Assembly (NCBI GenBank): GCA_963669175.1
Contig: OY769902.1
Coordinates: 2,336,001-2,400,000 of the forward strand
Direction: 5' to 3'
Origin: a bacterium
GTDB taxonomy: Bacteria > Electryoneota > Electryoneia > Electryoneales > Electryoneaceae
Length of the DNA stretch: 64,000 nt
Part shown: piece after piece, positions 58,703 to 64,000 of the stretch
How the letters are laid out: every line of letters starts with the position of its first letter
How positions within the stretch are numbered: the stretch's first letter is position 1
Made by a program: the position numbers and the translations under genes
The notes under the pieces: generated by a model
The model's input: the letters and a program-made list of their open reading frames with translations, nothing else
The model's database searches: none
Told to the model about the DNA's origin: nothing

Positions 58703-61081
58703 ATGTCCGACATAGAGATCGAAAAAAATGATGAGCTGCCGCAGATTCCTGAATCGTTACCGGTGTTTCCGGTACGTGACCAGGTGATCTTTCCCCATAT
58801 GATTTTCCCGTTGCTGGTGGGACGGGAAGGCACATTGCGCGCCATTGAGTCCGCCATGATGAAGGAACGTCTGCTCCTGCTCCTGGCCCAACGTGACCCG
58901 GTGCAGGATGAAGTCACCTTTGAAGACCTGTTCCATACCGGCGTGGTGGCGAAGATCGTGCAAGTGTTGAAGTTGCCGAACGGCCTGGTCAAGGTACTTG
59001 TCGAGGGGGTGGTGCGTGCAGTGGTGGATGAACCGGAGGAACGTGACGGTTTCCTCGAAGCCTATGTCCGTCCCATTCTCCCGGCTTCACGTGCGGATAC
59101 AAGGATAGAGGGAGCTAAACGGCATGCGGTATCGTTGTTCCGTGACTATGTACCGCTGAACCGTAGTATTCCCGATGAGTTGTTGTTCACGATAGACACC
59201 ATCAAAGAGCCACAAAGGCTGGCAGATTTTATCGCCGCACATTTGACGGTTACCTACGACAAGAAGCAACGCATTCTCGAAGCGGAAACAGCCGTTGACC
59301 AGTTCCTCGAAATCGCCGCGCAACTGGCGCATGAAATTGAAGTGCTGGAAGTTGAGAAGAGTATCGAGGGGCAGGTCCGCGAGAAGATCAGCCAATCCCA
59401 GCGCACTTATTTCCTGCAGGAACAGCTCCGTGCGATTAAAAAAGAGCTGGGCGAGGATGCGGAAGAGGATTGGGGCGATATTCTTGCCTATCAGCGTCGT
59501 CTCGATGAAGTTCGCCTGACCAAAGAAGCACGGGCCAAGGTGGAAGAGGAACTGGAGAAGCTCAAGGCCATGCCCATGCTTTCACCGGAAGCTACTGTTG
59601 TACGGAATTACCTGGACTGGATCCTGGCGCTGCCCTGGGCGAAAAAGACACGGGATCGCCATGACCTTGGCAGAGCCGCAGAAATCCTCGATGAGGATCA
59701 TTACGGCCTGAAGAAGCCAAAAGAGCGGATCATTGAGCATCTGGCCGTGCTGAAACTGGTTAAGAAGATGCGTGGCCCAATCATCTGTTTCGTTGGCCCT
59801 CCCGGGGTGGGGAAGACGTCACTGGGACGCAGTATCGCTCGCGCGTTGAACCGCAAGCTGGTGCGTGTCAGCCTGGGCGGTATCCGTGATGAGGCGGAGA
59901 TTCGCGGGCATCGACGCACCTATATCGGTAGCCAACCGGGACGTGTTATTCAGTCCATGAAGAAAGCCGGAGTATTGAACCCGGTGTTCTTGCTGGATGA
60001 AATAGACAAAATGGCAACAGACTTTCGTGGTGATCCGGCCTCGGCGTTGCTGGAAGTTCTCGACCCGGAACAGAACAAAACCTTCTCCGATCATTACCTG
60101 GAAGTGGAATACGACCTGAGCCAGGTCATGTTCATCACCACAGCCAACACGCGCCATGGCATCCCGATCCCGTTGCAGGATCGTATGGAGATCATCGAGC
60201 TGCCGGGCTACCTGTCTGAGGAGAAACTCCAGATCGCGCTTCAGTTCCTGATTCCCAAGCAGATGGAAGAGCATGGGCTGAAGGAGGATGACGTTCGCTT
60301 CACCAAGGACGGCATCAACACCATCATCGAAGACTACACTCGTGAAGCCGGGGTGCGTGAGCTGGAACGGGCTATCGCTAAGGTATGCCGTCGTGTTGCC
60401 AGGAAACTGGTTTCTTCGGACCAGCGGAAGAAGCAGGCGCAGGTTGTCGTGGGTGTGCGTGAGCTGAAAAGCCTGTTGGGGGTGCCGACACACCGTCGCA
60501 GCCCTCTCGATACAGAACCACGGATTGGAAGCGCTGTAGGATTGGCCTGGACGCCGGTTGGCGGTGATATCCTGAAGGTGCAGGTTAGGGTGATGCCGAC
60601 GGACAAGATGAAGCTGACCCTGACCGGGCATCTCGGCGAGGTGATGAAGGAATCTGCACAGGCCGGGCTCTCCCTGATTCGTAGCCAGGTGGATAACCTC
60701 AAGATCGATCCGGAGATTTTCCAGGATAAGGAATTCCATGTTCACGTTCCCGAAGGCGCGATTCCGAAGGATGGTCCCTCTGCCGGTGTAACCATGGCGA
60801 CTGCATTGTTGTCCGCATTGACCGATCGCCCTGTCCGTAATGATCTGGCCATGACCGGTGAAATCACGCTCCAGGGTGACGTGCTGCGTATCGGCGGTGT
60901 CAATGAGAAGGTGATGGCCGCACAGCGCGCCGGGGTGAAAACCATCCTGCTTCCTGAAGAGAATATTCCCGAATGGCAGGATCGTCCCAAGGGAGTCGGT
61001 AAAGGCCTGGAAGTGATCTTCGTGAAGCATATCAACGAAGTCTGGGAAAACGCTCTGGTCAAACCAAAAAAACGTAAATAG
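58703..61081 (+). CDS. lon: Lon protease (LonA)
   Basis: LON N-domain, [32 protein letters not shown] (Ser), IGGVNEK (Lys). Confidence 0.98.
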   Translation: MSDIEIEKNDELPQIPESLPVFPVRDQVIFPHMIFPLLVGREGTLRAIESAMMKERLLLLLAQRDPVQDEVTFEDLFHTGVVAKIVQVLKLPNGLVKVLVEGVVRAVVDEPEERDGFLEAYVRPILPASRADTRIEGAKRHAVSLFRDYVPLNRSIPDELLFTIDTIKEPQRLADFIAAHLTVTYDKKQRILEAETAVDQFLEIAAQLAHEIEVLEVEKSIEGQVREKISQSQRTYFLQEQLRAIKKELGEDAEEDWGDILAYQRRLDEVRLTKEARAKVEEELEKLKAMPMLSPEATVVRNYLDWILALPWAKKTRDRHDLGRAAEILDEDHYGLKKPKERIIEHLAVLKLVKKMRGPIICFVGPPGVGKTSLGRSIARALNRKLVRVSLGGIRDEAEIRGHRRTYIGSQPGRVIQSMKKAGVLNPVFLLDEIDKMATDFRGDPASALLEVLDPEQNKTFSDHYLEVEYDLSQVMFITTANTRHGIPIPLQDRMEIIELPGYLSEEKLQIALQFLIPKQMEEHGLKEDDVRFTKDGINTIIEDYTREAGVRELERAIAKVCRRVARKLVSSDQRKKQAQVVVGVRELKSLLGVPTHRRSPLDTEPRIGSAVGLAWTPVGGDILKVQVRVMPTDKMKLTLTGHLGEVMKESAQAGLSLIRSQVDNLKIDPEIFQDKEFHVHVPEGAIPKDGPSAGVTMATALLSALTDRPVRNDLAMTGEITLQGDVLRIGGVNEKVMAAQRAGVKTILLPEENIPEWQDRPKGVGKGLEVIFVKHINEVWENALVKPKKRK

Positions 61082-61122
61082 AAAATCTGTACCCTTGAAG
61101 AATCGACTGGAAGGTAGACAGT

Positions 61123-61716
61123 GTGAACTGGTTGAACGTAACGACCATTAAGAAGATGCAGCCCTCTTACAAGGGTACGCCACGACCTGCAATTGCGGTT
61201 GGCGGGCGTTCCAATGTGGGCAAATCCACCCTGATCAACACCCTGGTGGGACGAAAGATCGCGCCGACGTCCAAGAGCCCGGGGCGTACTCGAGGTGTCC
61301 ATCGTTACTTTATCAATGAGCAGTACGACCTGGTTGATCTGCCCGGCTACGGCTACGCCAAGGTGAGCGAGGATTTGCGCTTCAAATGGCGTGACATGGT
61401 TTCCGAGTTTCTTTCCGGCCACGGAAACCTGCGCTGTCTGATGACGCTGGTTGATATTCGCCGCGGCCTGGGGGAACTGGATATCGAGCTGGTGCAATGG
61501 GGCATAGAAGAAGGAGTTCGCTGTGCTGTTGTCCTGACCAAAGCTGATAAATTGCCCAGAGGTCAACGAAGCAAAGTGGAACAGCAAACGAAGAAAGCCC
61601 TTCCCGATGGCGTGAAATTATACACTGTCAGCGCCATGAAAGAGCCGCAGAACCTGAAGCTTATTTCCACGGACATGCTGAGCTGGTGGAAAGAAGACGC
61701 CTTCCGGTCGAAGTGA
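61123..61716 (+). CDS. engB: Ribosome biogenesis GTPase YihA/YsxC
   Basis: [26 protein letters not shown]; follows lon as is typical. Confidence 0.95.
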   Translation: MNWLNVTTIKKMQPSYKGTPRPAIAVGGRSNVGKSTLINTLVGRKIAPTSKSPGRTRGVHRYFINEQYDLVDLPGYGYAKVSEDLRFKWRDMVSEFLSGHGNLRCLMTLVDIRRGLGELDIELVQWGIEEGVRCAVVLTKADKLPRGQRSKVEQQTKKALPDGVKLYTVSAMKEPQNLKLISTDMLSWWKEDAFRSK

Positions 61717-61766
61717 TGAGAATGCGCAGTAGCAAAGACCACCAACGGTGATCAGCAACCGCCTGC

Positions 61767-61967
61767 TCAGGTGAACCGTGCCGGAGCCGGGGCCGGGGTT
61801 GGACGTGAGTAACTACCCCCCTTGATACTCAACCCGGAGCCACCACCGATCATACGTTCCGATGTTGCGCCACATTCAGGACAAAACTTCTCGCTGTCAT
61901 CACTGATTCCGTGAAACAGGTCATATTTGTGACCGCATTCTTTGCAGCGATAAGTATATGTAGGCAT
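61767..61967 (-). CDS. FmdB family zinc-ribbon protein
   Basis: MPTYTYRCKECG...CPECG...R.IGGG.G...KG. Confidence 0.88.
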   Translation of the reverse strand: MPTYTYRCKECGHKYDLFHGISDDSEKFCPECGATSERMIGGGSGLSIKGGSYSRPTPAPAPARFT

Positions 61968-62086
61968 GGGAATCTCGTTTTTTCAGGTTATCAAAGTGTG
62001 GTCTATTCCGAAAGAAACAGTCCACCGGGATGACGTTTACATCATCAGATGCAGAAGAAAGGGATGTGTTGCTGGGGAGGAGCAGG

Positions 62087-62491
62087 TCAGACCTGGAATT
62101 TCTCCGGGAGCATGTCGTTGAGCGCCTGCATCAGCTTGTCGAAATGGAATGGCTTTTCCAGGAAAGCGTCCGGCGGAGAAATGCACTCTTCACCAAGTTC
62201 TACACGATGACGATGGGCATATCCGGTGACTACCATGACAGGCGTACTCGGCGATTTCTCTTTAATATGATTCAATAACTCAATGCCATTCATACGAGGC
62301 ATAAAAATATCCGTGATTACGCCATCCACAGCGCTTTCGTTCGCCTGAAAGAGTTCCCACCCTTCCTGACCGTCACGAGCCTGGATAACCGTAACACCAA
62401 ACAAGGACAGCCCCTCCGCGAAAAGTTCACGAAGATCGTCCTCGTCTTCAACGACCATGATAGTGGCGCTGTTGCTCACAGCCTCCAACAT
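62087..62491 (-). CDS. Single-domain response regulator (CheY-like)
   Basis: VVEDE, ITDIFMPRMNG, VTG, EKPF; RBS GGAG. Confidence 0.9.
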   Translation of the reverse strand: MLEAVSNSATIMVVEDEDDLRELFAEGLSLFGVTVIQARDGQEGWELFQANESAVDGVITDIFMPRMNGIELLNHIKEKSPSTPVMVVTGYAHRHRVELGEECISPPDAFLEKPFHFDKLMQALNDMLPEKFQV

Positions 62492-62797
62492 CTCAACTCC
62501 TGGATCATTATTCCTTCGCAGGCCGCCAATATAGTAAGTCCTGCAACAAAGAACAACAAAAAAAAGACAAGCTTACACTGTGTAATATACAACAGGGCAT
62601 CAAGTTGAGCTACTGCTCAATAACATTGTATAGAAATAATGAGGCATCCAATGTGTCATTTATTTATCAATCGATATGCAAATATTGAAATGACTGATTT
62701 GGAATATTTTGGCTATTACGGTAGCATTCATGGAGAAATATAAAATATTGCGACTGATCTCAGGCTATTGGTAACTGGAGCCAGCTCCTGTAGCAGT

Positions 62798-63853
62798 CTA
62801 AACAAATGAGTGTCCTATAGCAAAGCCTTCAAGTATCTTAGCGGTGTCACGGAGAGTCTCGACTTCAATTAATTTCAACCATGTGTTTCGGCTGTCAGGG
62901 TAGCCTTTTATGTAATTACGAATCATCTTGCGCATTTCCAGAACGCCACGTCGTTCGCCTTTGACTTTCACATTCATTTCCAGGTGCGCCAGGGCGACAC
63001 GAATCCTCTCTTCTTTACCAGGCGCCGGGTCGGGTTCCTGTCCACTCAGCAATTGCCAGCTACGATGCAGTACCCAGGGATTGCCAATGGCGCCACGTCC
63101 GATCATAACCCCGTCAATCCCGTCAAGTGAGGCCATCTTTTGCGCATCTTCCGGGGTCCAGATATCACCATTTCCTATAATGGTTGCCTGGATGTGAGTC
63201 GCCGCCTGTGACATCGCCTCCCAGTCTGCGGGGGTGCGTGGACGGTCAGCCTTTAGCCGTGCATGGATGGTTACCTGCTGTGCGCCGGCTTCAACCATGG
63301 CCGAGGCAACTTCGACAACTTCGTTCTTCTCCTTGATCCCCAGCCGCATTTTTACCGATACGGGGATTCCTTCCGCCTGGTCAACCATATTTTTCACTGC
63401 CCGGGCGGAGTTCTCCGGATCAGCCATCATGCCGCAGCCAGCGCCTCGCTTGGTCACTTTACGGACCGGGCAGCCCATGTTCAGGTCCAGGCCTTCAGGG
63501 TGCAATTCACGTGCGACTTCACCGGCCATACGTCCCAAAGCGTCGGCATCATGATCATAGAGCTGCACGACGATAGGCCGTTCCATCTCTTCAAATAGCG
63601 CCATTTTCCAGACTTTGTCGCCGCCGTATTCAAGTCCGCTGGCGCTGACAAACTCGGTATACAGGATGACTTCCGGTGCAACAGAACGCACCACCTGCCG
63701 GTATACCCGGTCCGTAACCGCTTCCATGGGGGCCAGGCAGACCAGGGGACGTTTGTCAAACCATCGTTCTTCGGTCGTGGGATTTTGTTTCTGAATTTCC
63801 ATGCGTGGTAATGTACAATAAACGGTCTTTTTGCGCTTCACTGGCGAGTCCAT
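62798..63853 (-). CDS. tRNA-dihydrouridine synthase (DusB-like)
   Basis: LAPM...TD, YTEF, DLNMGCPV, SVKMRLG, HAR, GNGDI, GVMIGRGAIGNPW. The start may be 63802. Confidence 0.93.
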   Translation of the reverse strand: MDSPVKRKKTVYCTLPRMEIQKQNPTTEERWFDKRPLVCLAPMEAVTDRVYRQVVRSVAPEVILYTEFVSASGLEYGGDKVWKMALFEEMERPIVVQLYDHDADALGRMAGEVARELHPEGLDLNMGCPVRKVTKRGAGCGMMADPENSARAVKNMVDQAEGIPVSVKMRLGIKEKNEVVEVASAMVEAGAQQVTIHARLKADRPRTPADWEAMSQAATHIQATIIGNGDIWTPEDAQKMASLDGIDGVMIGRGAIGNPWVLHRSWQLLSGQEPDPAPGKEERIRVALAHLEMNVKVKGERRGVLEMRKMIRNYIKGYPDSRNTWLKLIEVETLRDTAKILEGFAIGHSFV

Positions 63854-63950
63854 ATGAGATCAGGGAGAGTCTGGTTGTAACTTCCGTCGGGTTTTGCTGT
63901 CTCAGAAATAGGGTGAGCTCTGTCAAGAAAACAGATTTCGGGAGATAAAG

Positions 63951-64000
63951 ATGAGTAAACAGGGATGGATGTGGTTGCTGGTCGGGTTCTTGTTACTTGC
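63951..64000 (+). CDS. 5' end of a probable secreted protein (truncated by the window edge)
   Basis: GGGAG RBS then MSKQGWMWLLVGFLLL, which looks like a signal peptide. Confidence 0.45.
   Translation, partial: MSKQGWMWLLVGFLLL

Noticed and set aside
59819-61587. 403-aa and 281-aa - strand ORFs
   Set aside because: Antisense to lon and engB.

Overview
A 64-kb chromosomal window from a diderm, flagellated bacterium. The many proteins ending in a 'YPNPFN...ASGVYF' T9SS-A/FlgD-Ig C-terminal domain suggest an FCB-superphylum lineage; this is inference and no marker gene is present. Housekeeping and metabolic genes include a DASS transporter, ferredoxin plus geranylgeranyl reductase, a LeuC/LeuD-type dehydratase, an SSS symporter, thiolase-hbd, an aldehyde dehydrogenase with an extended SDR, ddl, fbp, tig-clpP-clpX-lon-engB and dus. 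These are interspersed with three clusters of tandem paralogous large secreted proteins (6.3-14.8 kb, 18.6-25.0 kb, 42.7-46.8 kb). Those proteins have GC-rich conserved ends, including a near-identical ~290-bp C-terminal cassette in the first trio, around AT-rich, highly diverged cores. Other notable items are a sigma28-driven flagellin-MerR-flagellin locus with a long structured leader, an apparently catalytically dead CckA-like hybrid kinase, an archaeal-type GGR/ferredoxin pair preceded by a 7x19-bp tandem repeat, a perfect CRP-type box, and at least four families of REP/MITE-like palindromic elements in intergenic spaces. I found no rRNA, tRNA, CRISPR array, transposase or reverse transcriptase. 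All calls were made by eye from motifs; no database searches were run.
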